Assembly: GCA_012026975.1 (NCBI GenBank)
Contig: VEPG01000056.1
Coordinates: forward strand, 3,871-67,870
Length of the DNA: 64,000 nt
Source: Desulfuromonas sp.
Lineage (GTDB): Bacteria; Desulfobacterota; Desulfuromonadia; Desulfuromonadales; BM103
Direction of reading: 5' to 3'
Part shown: piece after piece, positions 18,742 through 27,379 of the stretch
How the letters are laid out: each line of letters starts with the position of its first letter
How positions within the stretch are numbered: position 1 is the stretch's first letter
Translations under genes and position numbers: made by a program
Notes under the pieces: generated by a model
Databases searched by the model: none
Seen by the model: only the letters and a program-made list of their open reading frames with translations
Told to the model about the DNA's origin: nothing

Positions 18742-19941
18742 TCACTCCTTGAGCCAACCGGCCTTGGCTGCCGGCTGCCGGAATTCATCGATGATCCCGT
18801 TAATCTCTCCGGCGGAAAACTTCTCGCGCGCCAGCTGCCGGGCATATTGGTCAAGCAATTGCCGCGCCTGCGCATGATGGTCCTGGGTGAGCAACAAGCG
18901 GTGAAGCAGGCGGATGATGCCGTCGTGGGTCGGGTTGTAACGCAGGGCGTAGCGCAGCAGCTTGACCGCCTCCTCATAGCGGCGGCTCTCCGCCAGGATC
19001 CGGGCAAACAGCTGACTGGCCTCGAGGTAGAGCTGCTCGAGTTCGTCCTGATAATAGGCCGCGGACTCGCTGCCGAAATCGCCGGGGGCAAAGGTTCCCT
19101 GCCAAAGGCTGAAGGCCGACGAGAAGGCTATTTCGGCCTGCCACAGCTCGCCAATGGTCGCCTGCTGCAGCCCCTTGTCAGCCAGCCGGCGGAATTCATG
19201 GGCATCGACCCGCACATTTTCGAGGCAAATGATCCCGCGGGACAACTGCAGGTGGCGACGCACGTCGAGCTCCGGCAGCTCCTGTTCGAGGGTCTTGCGC
19301 AACCGGGTCATCAGCGAATCGAAATTCGACCGCGCTCGTGAAGGCGGGGAGTCTGGCCAGAAGCCAAGCTGGACCGCCTCTTGCGAAATACGTCCGTCGG
19401 GGGCCGCCAACAGCGCGGCCAGCAGCATGCGCTGGGCGGGGCTGAAACTCTCGGCCCAGGGGACCACTCGTTTGCCGAATTGCAGTTCGCAGCGGCCGAG
19501 GCTGCGGATTTCCAGCAAGGATCTGTCGCCGCCGGCGACAGGCGCAGAAGCGGCGTCAGGTGCATCGCTGCCCCGACGCAGCAGCGCGTTGACCCGGGCG
19601 GAGAGCACCTTGACGGCGAACGGCTTGGTCATGTAGTCATTGGCACCGACTTCCAGCCCGGCCACGACATCGTCGTCATCATCCCGTCCGGTCAGCATCA
19701 GGACCGGAATCTTCTCCATCCAGGGGTCGCGGCGCATTGCCCGACAGACATCCAGCCCGTTCATCCCCGGCAGCGTCAGGTCGAGAATGACCAACTGCGG
19801 CGGATCCTCTTCGATCAGGCGCAACCCGTCCTCGCCGTTATCAACCGTCGATACCCGGCAACTCGGGCGGCTGAGACAGCCGACCAGCAGTTCGCAGACC
19901 GCCGGATCGTCTTCAACAACCAGCAAATGCTTCTGTTCCAT
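18742..19941 (-). CDS. response regulator with SARP-type winged-helix and BTAD/TPR-like C-terminus
   Basis: Receiver LLVVEDDPAVCELL...LVILDLTLPGMNGLDV...MLTGRDD, followed by a DNA-binding-like segment and a helical BTAD-like tail. ATG 19941 has a GGAGAAGGGA RBS. The ORF-track 5' extension to 20241 overlaps pgeF and is rejected. Confidence 0.7.
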   Translation of the reverse strand: MEQKHLLVVEDDPAVCELLVGCLSRPSCRVSTVDNGEDGLRLIEEDPPQLVILDLTLPGMNGLDVCRAMRRDPWMEKIPVLMLTGRDDDDDVVAGLEVGANDYMTKPFAVKVLSARVNALLRRGSDAPDAASAPVAGGDRSLLEIRSLGRCELQFGKRVVPWAESFSPAQRMLLAALLAAPDGRISQEAVQLGFWPDSPPSRARSNFDSLMTRLRKTLEQELPELDVRRHLQLSRGIICLENVRVDAHEFRRLADKGLQQATIGELWQAEIAFSSAFSLWQGTFAPGDFGSESAAYYQDELEQLYLEASQLFARILAESRRYEEAVKLLRYALRYNPTHDGIIRLLHRLLLTQDHHAQARQLLDQYARQLAREKFSAGEINGIIDEFRQPAAKAGWLKE

Positions 19942-19969
19942 GGTCCCTTCTCCCCTTTCCCCCAAGGAA

Positions 19970-20767
19970 CTACTTGCCCGGCAACAGCACAAATCCCACC
20001 TGGCGACCGGTGCGTCCGTTATCGCGACGATATGAATAGAACGTTTCGCGATGGCAACAGGTGCACTCGGCAACGACATCGATCCGTGCGGCCGGTATTC
20101 CGGCCGCCTCAAGCTGCAGTTGGCAGCTGAGGCGCAGGTCGAGCAGCCAGTGGCCGAGGCTGGTCTCCTTCGCAATCTGTTCCCAACCGCCGGCACCGGC
20201 CCGGAAGGCCTCCCGCACCGGCCGGTCGACCTCGTAGCCATGGCCGCCGATCCCCGGTCCGATCGCGGCGCAGAGCCGTTCCGGCCGGCTGCCGAACATC
20301 TCCCGCATCGCCTGCACCGTGCGGCCGATCAGCCCGGCTGCCGCGCCGCGCCAGCCGGCATGCACCACCCCGGCGGCGGGGCCATCGGGATCGTAAAGCA
20401 CAACCGGGTAGCAGTCGGCCACCAGGATGCCGGCCATGACCCCCGGTTGATTGAGGATGACTGCATCGCATTCGACCCGTTGGTAGTGGCTGAAATCTGG
20501 GTTCGGCTGGTCGATGACCAGAATTTCGCTGCCATGGACCTGCTGCACGGTCAACACGAGGTGCGGCGGCAGATCGAAGGCCCGGGCCAGAGTGGCCCGG
20601 TTGGCTTCGACCGCAGCCTGTTGGTCGCCGGTATGAAACCCAAGGTTGAGGGAGTTGAAGGGCGGACGGCTGGTGCCGCCGTTGCGGGTGGTGAACCCGG
20701 CGGCGATGCCGTCTCCGGCCCACGCCGGCTGCAGATAGCCGATTTTTCCTTGACGTACGGTCTTCAT
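19970..20767 (-). CDS. pgeF: YfiH/PgeF-family laccase-domain protein (peptidoglycan editing factor)
   Basis: GFTTRNGGTSRPPFNSLNLGFHTGD...VHGSEI...AGILVADCYPV...HAGWRG are hallmark YfiH motifs. 265 aa. Confidence 0.8.
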   Translation of the reverse strand: MKTVRQGKIGYLQPAWAGDGIAAGFTTRNGGTSRPPFNSLNLGFHTGDQQAAVEANRATLARAFDLPPHLVLTVQQVHGSEILVIDQPNPDFSHYQRVECDAVILNQPGVMAGILVADCYPVVLYDPDGPAAGVVHAGWRGAAAGLIGRTVQAMREMFGSRPERLCAAIGPGIGGHGYEVDRPVREAFRAGAGGWEQIAKETSLGHWLLDLRLSCQLQLEAAGIPAARIDVVAECTCCHRETFYSYRRDNGRTGRQVGFVLLPGK

Positions 20768-20773
20768 GCCAAC

Positions 20774-21784
20774 TCACGGCGGAGGGATAGCCGAAGGATC
20801 GGCCCCGTCCGCATCCAGGGGAGTGTACTTCTTCTCCAGATAATCGAGCACACCTTGCAGTTCCGGCGGCAGCGGTGCGCGAAACTCCAGCGCTTCGCCG
20901 CTCTGCGGATGGATAAAACCGAGCCGCCAGGCATGCAGAAACTGGCGGTCGAGCTGTTCAACCCGCTTGCGCAGCTGCGCGTCGGCCAGCCCCCTGGCGA
21001 GCCCGGCGCTGCCATACAGGGGATCGCCGACCACCGGCAGGTTCATCTCGGCGAGATGCACCCGGATCTGGTGGGTGCGACCGGTCTCCAGCGCCAGGTC
21101 GAGCAGGGTCAGGCGATCGCGGTCATAACGGCGCAGCACCTGCCAGTGGGTCACCGCCCGCCGGCCGCATCGGGTGCTGCTGCTCATCTTCAGACGCTGT
21201 GCCGGATGCCGGCCGATCGGGCGGTCGATCGTCCCCTGCTGGTTCTGCACCAGGCCGTGCACCAGGGCCCGGTAGCGCCGTTGAATAGTGTGCGCCTTGA
21301 ACTGCCGCGCCAGCTGCTGGTGGGTCCGGTCGTCCTTGGTGGCGACCATCACCCCCGAGGTATCCTTGTCGAGGCGATGGACGATCCCGGGACGCAACAC
21401 CCCGCCGATCCCGGAAAGGTCCCGGCAGTGGTGCAGCAGGGCGTTCACCAGGGTGCCGCCCCGGTGACCAGGCGCGGGGTGAACGACCATGTGCGCCGGT
21501 TTGTCGATCACGATCAGGTGTGGATCTTCGTAGAGGATCGCCAGAGGGATCGCCTCGGGCAGGGCATCAACCGGCTCCGGTTCGGGGAGGAGAATGCCGA
21601 TCACCTCGCCGCCGCGCAACTTCAACCCGGCCTTGACCGCCGCCCCGGCAATGCGGACCTGGCCGTCATCGATCAGGCGCTTGAGCTGGGAGCGGCTCAG
21701 TTCCGGAAGCTGTTCGGCCAGAAAGCGATCGAGCCGCTCACCGGCGGATTCCTGCATCGCCCGCAGCTCGCGAGAGCCGCCCAT
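20774..21784 (-). CDS. rluD: 23S rRNA pseudouridine synthase, RluD/RluA family
   Basis: S4-like N-terminus (RLDRFLAEQLPELSRSQLKRLI) and catalytic HRLDKDTSGVMV. An alternative start is Met10 (nt 21757). Confidence 0.8.
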   Translation of the reverse strand: MGGSRELRAMQESAGERLDRFLAEQLPELSRSQLKRLIDDGQVRIAGAAVKAGLKLRGGEVIGILLPEPEPVDALPEAIPLAILYEDPHLIVIDKPAHMVVHPAPGHRGGTLVNALLHHCRDLSGIGGVLRPGIVHRLDKDTSGVMVATKDDRTHQQLARQFKAHTIQRRYRALVHGLVQNQQGTIDRPIGRHPAQRLKMSSSTRCGRRAVTHWQVLRRYDRDRLTLLDLALETGRTHQIRVHLAEMNLPVVGDPLYGSAGLARGLADAQLRKRVEQLDRQFLHAWRLGFIHPQSGEALEFRAPLPPELQGVLDYLEKKYTPLDADGADPSAIPPP

Positions 21785-21785
21785 G

Positions 21786-22055
21786 TTACCAGATGGAGCT
21801 TTCGATCTTGCCGGCCTGCCGGATCATCACGTCGACGATCGCGCGATCGTAAAGATGATCGCGGTCCGGCAGATCGGGCGAGACCCTCCCGTTGAAATGC
21901 TCGCGGCCCTCGGTCAGCTCATCCTTGAGGAGGTCGAACAGATTATCGTTCTTGATGCCGTCCCGCACCTTCTCCTGGTTATAGAGGGCAATGTCGGAAA
22001 CAATGGCGCGCGCCAGCCGGAACGCCAGGTTGGGATTGTCGACCAGTTTGGCCAT
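21786..22055 (-). CDS. conserved-looking small hypothetical protein (89 aa)
   Basis: ATG 22055 is preceded by GGGAGG; the ORF-track GTG start lies inside this RBS. 1-nt gap to rluD. No recognisable family. Confidence 0.5.
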   Translation of the reverse strand: MAKLVDNPNLAFRLARAIVSDIALYNQEKVRDGIKNDNLFDLLKDELTEGREHFNGRVSPDLPDRDHLYDRAIVDVMIRQAGKIESSIW

Positions 22056-22114
22056 AGTACCTCCCACGGAAACCGGACGGAGCGACTCCGCCGGAAGATG
22101 TGTGTGTCAGCTAT

Positions 22115-23311
22115 CTACCCTTTACCCCTGGAGCGCCGCGCTTCTCCGCCGGATTCGGGCCGTTCATCGCGGGCCGTGATGGCTACGCTCAGGGTCAGCC
22201 GCCGACCGTTGCGCACGATCTCGACCGGCACCGTCTTGCCGATCGGCGCATTGGCGACCTGCAGCTGCAGTTCGCGCACTCCGCGCACCGGTTTGCCGGC
22301 AAAGGACAACAGTACATCGCCCCGCTGCAGCCCGGCACGCTCGGCCGGGGTGTCCGGCAGAACCTTGGTGATCAGGGCACCGGTGACCTTGTCGAGACCG
22401 AAGGACTCGGCCAGGGCCGGGTCGACCGGCTGCATGGTGACCCCGAGCCAGCCGCGCGTCACCGCGCCGTGCGCAATCAGCTGTTCGGCAACCTGCCGCG
22501 CCAGATTGATCGGGATGGCAAAACCGATCCCCTGGCCGGCGGCGACGATCGCCGTGTTCATCCCGATCACCTCGCCGTAGACATTCAGCAGCGGCCCCCC
22601 GGAATTGCCGGGGTTGATCGAGGCATCGGTCTGAATGAAATCCTCGTAATCCTCAATGCCGACATTGGCCCGCTCGGTCGCCGACACCACCCCGACCGTC
22701 AGGGTCCCGTCGAGCCCGAAGGGGTTGCCGATCGCCAGAGCCCACTGTCCGACCTTGATCCGGTCGGAATTACCCAGCACGGTCACCGGCAGCGACTGGT
22801 CGCTCTTGATCTTGAGCACCGCCACGTCGGTCTTCGGGTCCAGGCCCAGGACTTCACCGGGGAAGACCCGTTGATCGGGGAGCCGGACCTTGATCTTTTC
22901 GGCGCCCTCGACCACATGGGCGTTGGTCAGGATGATCCCTTCGGCGCTGATGATGAAGCCGGAGCCGAGGCTCTGTTCGCTCTGCGGCACCCGCGGAGCC
23001 CGGAACAGGTCGCCAAAAAAATCGTCAAACAGCGGCCCGAGGCGCGACATGGCCCGAACCCGCTCGGCGCGGATATTGACGACCGCCGGAGCGACCTTGG
23101 CCGCGACTTCGGTGAAAGCCCGCTGGGTCGACAGCAATTCGGCCGGCGGCTGCTCGACCGGCGGCTTGACCTCTGCAGTCCGGATCGATTTTTCAATGGT
23201 TGCCTGCGGCCGCTCATCGCACCCGGCGAGCAACAGGCCAAAAACCAGGGCAACACCGCAAAGAACCTGAAAAAACCTTTGAGGCCTGATTGCTTTCATC
23301 GCTTTACCCAT
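22115..23311 (-). CDS. htrA: HtrA/DegP-family periplasmic serine protease with one PDZ domain
   Basis: Catalytic-triad context TNAHVV, then GNSGGPLLN. C-terminal PDZ (GALITKVLPDTPAERAGLQRGDVLL). The N-terminal signal ends in the lipobox-like LLLAGC. Confidence 0.85.
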   Translation of the reverse strand: MGKAMKAIRPQRFFQVLCGVALVFGLLLAGCDERPQATIEKSIRTAEVKPPVEQPPAELLSTQRAFTEVAAKVAPAVVNIRAERVRAMSRLGPLFDDFFGDLFRAPRVPQSEQSLGSGFIISAEGIILTNAHVVEGAEKIKVRLPDQRVFPGEVLGLDPKTDVAVLKIKSDQSLPVTVLGNSDRIKVGQWALAIGNPFGLDGTLTVGVVSATERANVGIEDYEDFIQTDASINPGNSGGPLLNVYGEVIGMNTAIVAAGQGIGFAIPINLARQVAEQLIAHGAVTRGWLGVTMQPVDPALAESFGLDKVTGALITKVLPDTPAERAGLQRGDVLLSFAGKPVRGVRELQLQVANAPIGKTVPVEIVRNGRRLTLSVAITARDERPESGGEARRSRGKG

Positions 23312-23348
23312 ATCGTCGCAGAGTAGCGAAACGACGTGGTTCTGTCAA

Positions 23349-24098
23349 TCATGCGGGACCAGGCCGCAGCTGTTCGAGCAGCGCCTGGTGCGATCCTTCC
23401 CAGATGGCCGGCAGAACCGGTTCACGGTCGATGCGCCAGGTGGTCAGTAGACAGGTCGGCATCCCCACCCGGCCGGCGGCCAGATCGTGCAGCGTATCGT
23501 TGCCGACCATCAGGCAGGCCCGTGGCGGCAGCTCGAGCTCAGCCAGCAGATCGCGGAAAAACCCGGGGTGCGGCTTGCAGTGCCGGCTGGTCTCGTAACT
23601 GGTCACCGGCCGGAACGGCAGACCGTCCAGACCGCCCCAGGCAAGACGGGCGTCGATCACGGTGCGCGGAAAGATCGGATTGGTTGCCAGAATCACCCGC
23701 CAGCCGCGTTCCACGCAGGCTTCGACCAGGTCTCTGGCCAACGGATGAGGCTTGACCATCGACTGCAGCTCCGGAAGATCCTCACGACAGAAAGCCGCCA
23801 GCCCTTTCTGATAGTCGGGCCAGGCCAACTGCAGCTCCTCGGCCAGCATGGCGCGCAGCAACTCCTCCAGGGAAGATTCGCCGGTGGTATCCCCCAGCAT
23901 GGCCATCACCGCGGCACGCAGCGTGCGCACCGCGCGCCGCGGATCGACGTAAGGCTCCAGGCGGCCGGCCAGCCGACGCAGGTAGAGCGGCACGAAAATC
24001 TGCATGTCGACATCGATCAGCGTGCCATCGAGATCGAACATGACCGCCTGGACCGGCGTCAGATCCAGCGCCGTCGGTGGGGACGTGAAGTTGAACAT
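23349..24098 (-). CDS. HAD-superfamily hydrolase
   Basis: Motif I VMFDLDGTLIDVD, with later GNDTLHD. ATG 24098 is preferred over the ORF-track start 24182. Confidence 0.7.
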   Translation of the reverse strand: MFNFTSPPTALDLTPVQAVMFDLDGTLIDVDMQIFVPLYLRRLAGRLEPYVDPRRAVRTLRAAVMAMLGDTTGESSLEELLRAMLAEELQLAWPDYQKGLAAFCREDLPELQSMVKPHPLARDLVEACVERGWRVILATNPIFPRTVIDARLAWGGLDGLPFRPVTSYETSRHCKPHPGFFRDLLAELELPPRACLMVGNDTLHDLAAGRVGMPTCLLTTWRIDREPVLPAIWEGSHQALLEQLRPGPA

Positions 24099-24145
24099 GA
24101 CGAGAGCATAGCACAGCGGGGAGCATCGGGACCACATCGATGACC

Positions 24146-24173
24146 TTGACATCCCCGCCAGTTCCCTTAATCT
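24146..24173 (+). promoter_or_regulatory. possible sigma-70 promoter for elbB
   Basis: TTGACA (24146-24151), a 16-nt spacer, then TAATCT (24168-24173). Confidence 0.35.
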
Positions 24174-24225
24174 TGTCTGCACGGATTTCCCGCAAGAGGC
24201 GATACTTCACCAAGGAGGAATGACG

Positions 24226-24894
24226 ATGGCGAAGAAGATTGGCGTGGTCCTCTCCGGCTGCGGCGTTTACGACGGCAGCGAGATTCACGAAGCGGTCATC
24301 ACCCTGCTGGCGATCGACCGCAACGGCGCCGAAGCAGTGTGCATGGCGCCGAACATCGCGCAGATGCACGTGGTCAACCACCTGACCGGCGAGGTTGCCG
24401 CCAACGAAACGCGCAACGTCCTGGTCGAAGCGGCGCGCATCGCCCGCGGCAAGATCAGGGATCTGGCCACGGTCAAGGCCGCGGAACTCGACGCGGTGAT
24501 CCTGCCGGGCGGCTTCGGCGCGGCCAAGAACCTCTGCGACTTCGCGGTCAAGGGCCCGGACTGCAGCGTCAACCCCGAGGTGGCCCGCATCATTCGCGAG
24601 ATGGTGGCGGCCAGGAAACCGGTTGCCGCGGTCTGCATCGCCCCGGCGATCCTCTCCCAGGTGCTGGGGAGCGACAGGCTCCCCCATCAGCTCACCATCG
24701 GCACCGACGCCGGCACCGCCGCGGCGTTGACCAGCATGGGCACCCAGCATATCCAGTGCCCGGCCCGCGAGTTCGTGGTCGACAGGGCCAACAAGATCGT
24801 CTCGACCCCGGCCTACATGCTGGCCGGCGGGATCGCCGAGGCCGCCGAGGGGATCGAAAAGTGCGTCAAGACGCTGATCGGGCTAATCGACTGA
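24226..24894 (+). CDS. elbB: DJ-1/PfpI-family protein, ElbB-like (isoprenoid biosynthesis glyoxalase)
   Basis: MAKKIGVVLSGCGVYDGSEIHEAVITLLAIDRNGAE is a typical ElbB N-terminus. ATG 24226 lies 7 nt after GGAGG; ATG 24220 is too close to the RBS. Confidence 0.8.
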   Translation: MAKKIGVVLSGCGVYDGSEIHEAVITLLAIDRNGAEAVCMAPNIAQMHVVNHLTGEVAANETRNVLVEAARIARGKIRDLATVKAAELDAVILPGGFGAAKNLCDFAVKGPDCSVNPEVARIIREMVAARKPVAAVCIAPAILSQVLGSDRLPHQLTIGTDAGTAAALTSMGTQHIQCPAREFVVDRANKIVSTPAYMLAGGIAEAAEGIEKCVKTLIGLID

Positions 24895-24916
24895 GCTGAC
24901 AACCCTTCATTGACGC

Positions 24917-24946
24917 AAAAAGGCGGGCCACCTGGCCCGCCTTTTT
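24917..24946. terminator. bidirectional rho-independent terminator
   Basis: aaaaaggcgggcc, loop acct, ggcccgccttttt. A perfect 13-bp arm pair flanked by an A-run and a T-run, between convergent elbB and the glutamate-synthase operon. Confidence 0.85.
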
Positions 24947-24965
24947 GTGTTACCAGACAGAACGA

Positions 24966-27281
24966 CTAGCTCAACACATCCATCGCCCAGATCCCGCACG
25001 GGCAGATCCCGGCGCAGACCCCGCAGCCGATGCAGACGTGGTCGTCGGAGACGTATTCGAAGCTGCCGTCGGCATTTTCCAGGCGGCGGATCGCTCCCTC
25101 CGGGCAGGCCTCCAGGCACATGGAGCAGTCCCGGCAGGTGCCGCAGGAGAGGCAGCGGCCGGTCTCGGCCAGGGCGTCGGTGGCGCAGAAGCGCCCGCGG
25201 TTCTGCGGCCGGTACAGTTCCTTCGACAGGCAGGAGACCGGGATGACTTCCGGGTGCTTGATCGGTGCCAGCGTCTGGCCGGCGAGGAAGGCGTCGATTT
25301 GCAGGGCGACGTCGGCCCCCTGGCCGATGGCGTGGGTCAAAAGCCCCGGCTGGACGGTATCGCCGATGGCGAAAACTCCCGGCGCGTGGGGCGACTGCAG
25401 ACAGCCGTCGACGGCCATCATGCCGCGATCGGTCAGCCAGGCACGCGGCACGAAGGAGAGGTCGGGACGCTCGCCGATGGCGATGATCACCGTGTCGGCC
25501 TCGAGCAGCTCGCCGGTCTTGCCGTGCACCCCTTTTTCGTCAATCTTGGCGGTGAAAAATGGCCAGATGATCCGGCCGCCGAGCTTCTCGACGTGGGCGA
25601 TCTCGTTCGGGTAGGCGGCCGGGCGCTGGATGTCGATCGCCGTGACCTGCTTCGCCCCCATGGCATAGGCACCCAGGCACACGTCCATGCCGGCGTTGCC
25701 GGCGCCGAGGACCACCACGCGTTCGCCGACCACCGGGCGCTCGCCGCGGTTGATCGCCTTGAGGAAGTCGAGCCCCTTGACCAGCCGCTCATGCCCCGGG
25801 AAGGGGATGACCACCGGGTTGTGGGCACCGCTGGCGATGGCCACCGCGTCGAACTCGCCGCGGATCTTTTCGAACAGCGGCGCATCGACCGGCGTACCGG
25901 TGCGAATCTCGATCCCCAGCGCCTTGATGCGGGCAATTTCGCTGCCGAGGGCATCTTCCGGCAGGCGTTCAGTGGGGATGACCTGGCGCAACTTGCCGCC
26001 GACTTCCTCATCGGCTTCGAAGACCGTAACCGCATGCCCATGCAGGCGCAGCTGCCAGGCGGCGGAAAGCCCGCCGGGGCCGCCACCGATCACCGCCACT
26101 TGCTTGCCGGTCGCCGCCGCCGGCTGCGGCGACGGGGTACTGACCGAGAGCCGGCCGAGTTCCTTCATCCTCACCGGGTGGTCGAGGAACCGCCGGGTGC
26201 AGGAGTCCATGCACAGGTTCGGGCAGACCTCGCCGCAGACGCTCCCCGGGAACGGTGAGTAGCGCAGCACCAGTTCCAGCGCCGCTTCTACCTTCCCCTG
26301 GCGCAGCAGCTTGATGCGGTCCTGGGTGGGGATGTGGCTCGGGCACGAGACCTGGCACGGCGCGCCGTAGCGCCTGTCCTGCCAGAGCGGGATCTTCAGA
26401 CGGTCGGCACCGACGTTGACCAGTCCGGCCACCTGCGCGTAGTCATCCTTGACCAGATCGCCGAAGATGCCGCCATCGCCGACCCACTTGCCGAGGCGAA
26501 ACTCGCGCATGGTGAGATGTGCATGGATCTTGCGCTCCTCGTAGCTCTTGGCCACGATCTTGCGCCACTGCCCGAATTCGCCAAGTTCGCCAAGCAACTG
26601 CGGGCGGCCGATCTTGCCGAGAAAGACCGGCAAATTCTCGTCAAGGAAGGTCTGGTCGGCCGCATCGAGATCAAGCAGCCAGACCTCGTCGGAGAGGCCA
26701 CTGACCGGCCCGCGCACATAGACGGTGCCGCCGACCATGCCTGCGCAGGCGCGATCGCCGAGGATCGAGTCGAGGTCACTGCATCCCCAGCCGCAGACCA
26801 CGGCGATGCCGCCGCCCATGAACTCGAAGGAGAAGGAACCGGTGCTCTTGAGCACCCAGAACTGCGGGGGCTCGAAGGCCGGGTCATGCTTCATCAGCGA
26901 GCCGGAACGGGTGCCGACCCGGCCGCCGACGTAGACCCGGCCGCTGGCCGCGCAGTGGGCGGTGGTATCGCCGCCGTCGCCGAGGATGGTGACCTCGCCG
27001 CCGGCACAGAGCCAGCCGGCATCGGCCGGGGCCGAGCCCTCGACCACGATCTCGGTGCCGTCAAGGGCAAAGGAGCCGACGCGCTGACCGGGGTTCTTCA
27101 CCCGGAACTTGAGGGGCGAGCCGTCCTGGGTCCACAGTGGGCCGCCGATGTCGTGATGCCCCGAGGAGAGGATCTCGAACTCGGTCTGGCCGTTCTCCAG
27201 CTCCGCATAGATCTGCTGCAGCAGCTGCTGGGTGGAGATGCGCTGGTTATTTTGATCGAAACCGATGATTTTTGCAGTCAT
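24966..27281 (-). CDS. glutamate synthase GXGXG (GltB C-terminal-type) domain fused to GltD-like NAD(P)H flavin oxidoreductase and 2x[4Fe-4S] ferredoxin
   Basis: N-terminal GXGXG beta-helix (VVEGSAPADAGWLCAGGEVTILGDGGDTT...GRVYVGGRVGTRSG). Dinucleotide folds VAVIGGGPGGLSAA and VVVLGAGNAGMD. C-terminal CLSCGTCRDCSMCLEACP and CIGCGVCAGICPC. Confidence 0.75.
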   Translation of the reverse strand: MTAKIIGFDQNNQRISTQQLLQQIYAELENGQTEFEILSSGHHDIGGPLWTQDGSPLKFRVKNPGQRVGSFALDGTEIVVEGSAPADAGWLCAGGEVTILGDGGDTTAHCAASGRVYVGGRVGTRSGSLMKHDPAFEPPQFWVLKSTGSFSFEFMGGGIAVVCGWGCSDLDSILGDRACAGMVGGTVYVRGPVSGLSDEVWLLDLDAADQTFLDENLPVFLGKIGRPQLLGELGEFGQWRKIVAKSYEERKIHAHLTMREFRLGKWVGDGGIFGDLVKDDYAQVAGLVNVGADRLKIPLWQDRRYGAPCQVSCPSHIPTQDRIKLLRQGKVEAALELVLRYSPFPGSVCGEVCPNLCMDSCTRRFLDHPVRMKELGRLSVSTPSPQPAAATGKQVAVIGGGPGGLSAAWQLRLHGHAVTVFEADEEVGGKLRQVIPTERLPEDALGSEIARIKALGIEIRTGTPVDAPLFEKIRGEFDAVAIASGAHNPVVIPFPGHERLVKGLDFLKAINRGERPVVGERVVVLGAGNAGMDVCLGAYAMGAKQVTAIDIQRPAAYPNEIAHVEKLGGRIIWPFFTAKIDEKGVHGKTGELLEADTVIIAIGERPDLSFVPRAWLTDRGMMAVDGCLQSPHAPGVFAIGDTVQPGLLTHAIGQGADVALQIDAFLAGQTLAPIKHPEVIPVSCLSKELYRPQNRGRFCATDALAETGRCLSCGTCRDCSMCLEACPEGAIRRLENADGSFEYVSDDHVCIGCGVCAGICPCGIWAMDVLS

Positions 27282-27292
27282 GTGAATCTCCC

Positions 27293-27371
27293 GGTTAAAG
27301 GTTAAAGGTCAAAGGTTAAAGACCAAGGTCATCTCTTGATGCTTTTTACCTTTTACCTTTCACCTTTTGCC
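27293..27371 (-). promoter_or_regulatory. intercistronic heptad-periodic inverted repeat (AAAGGTn x3-5 facing ACCTTTn x3)
   Basis: Plus-strand aaaggt at 27297, 27304 and 27311; accttt at 27348, 27355 and 27362. The same 7-nt spacing gives three 6-bp helices separated by single mismatches. Lies in the 98-nt gap between two glutamate-synthase genes, just 5' of the GGGAG RBS of the downstream gene. Confidence 0.6.
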
Positions 27372-27379
27372 TCGTTTCT

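Noticed and set aside
20051-21895. 614-aa plus-strand ORF spanning pgeF and rluD
   Set aside because: It is antisense to two genes with unmistakable family motifs (HAGWRG; HRLDKDTSG). Its composition is low-complexity Arg/Gly/Ala/Pro and it has no RBS.
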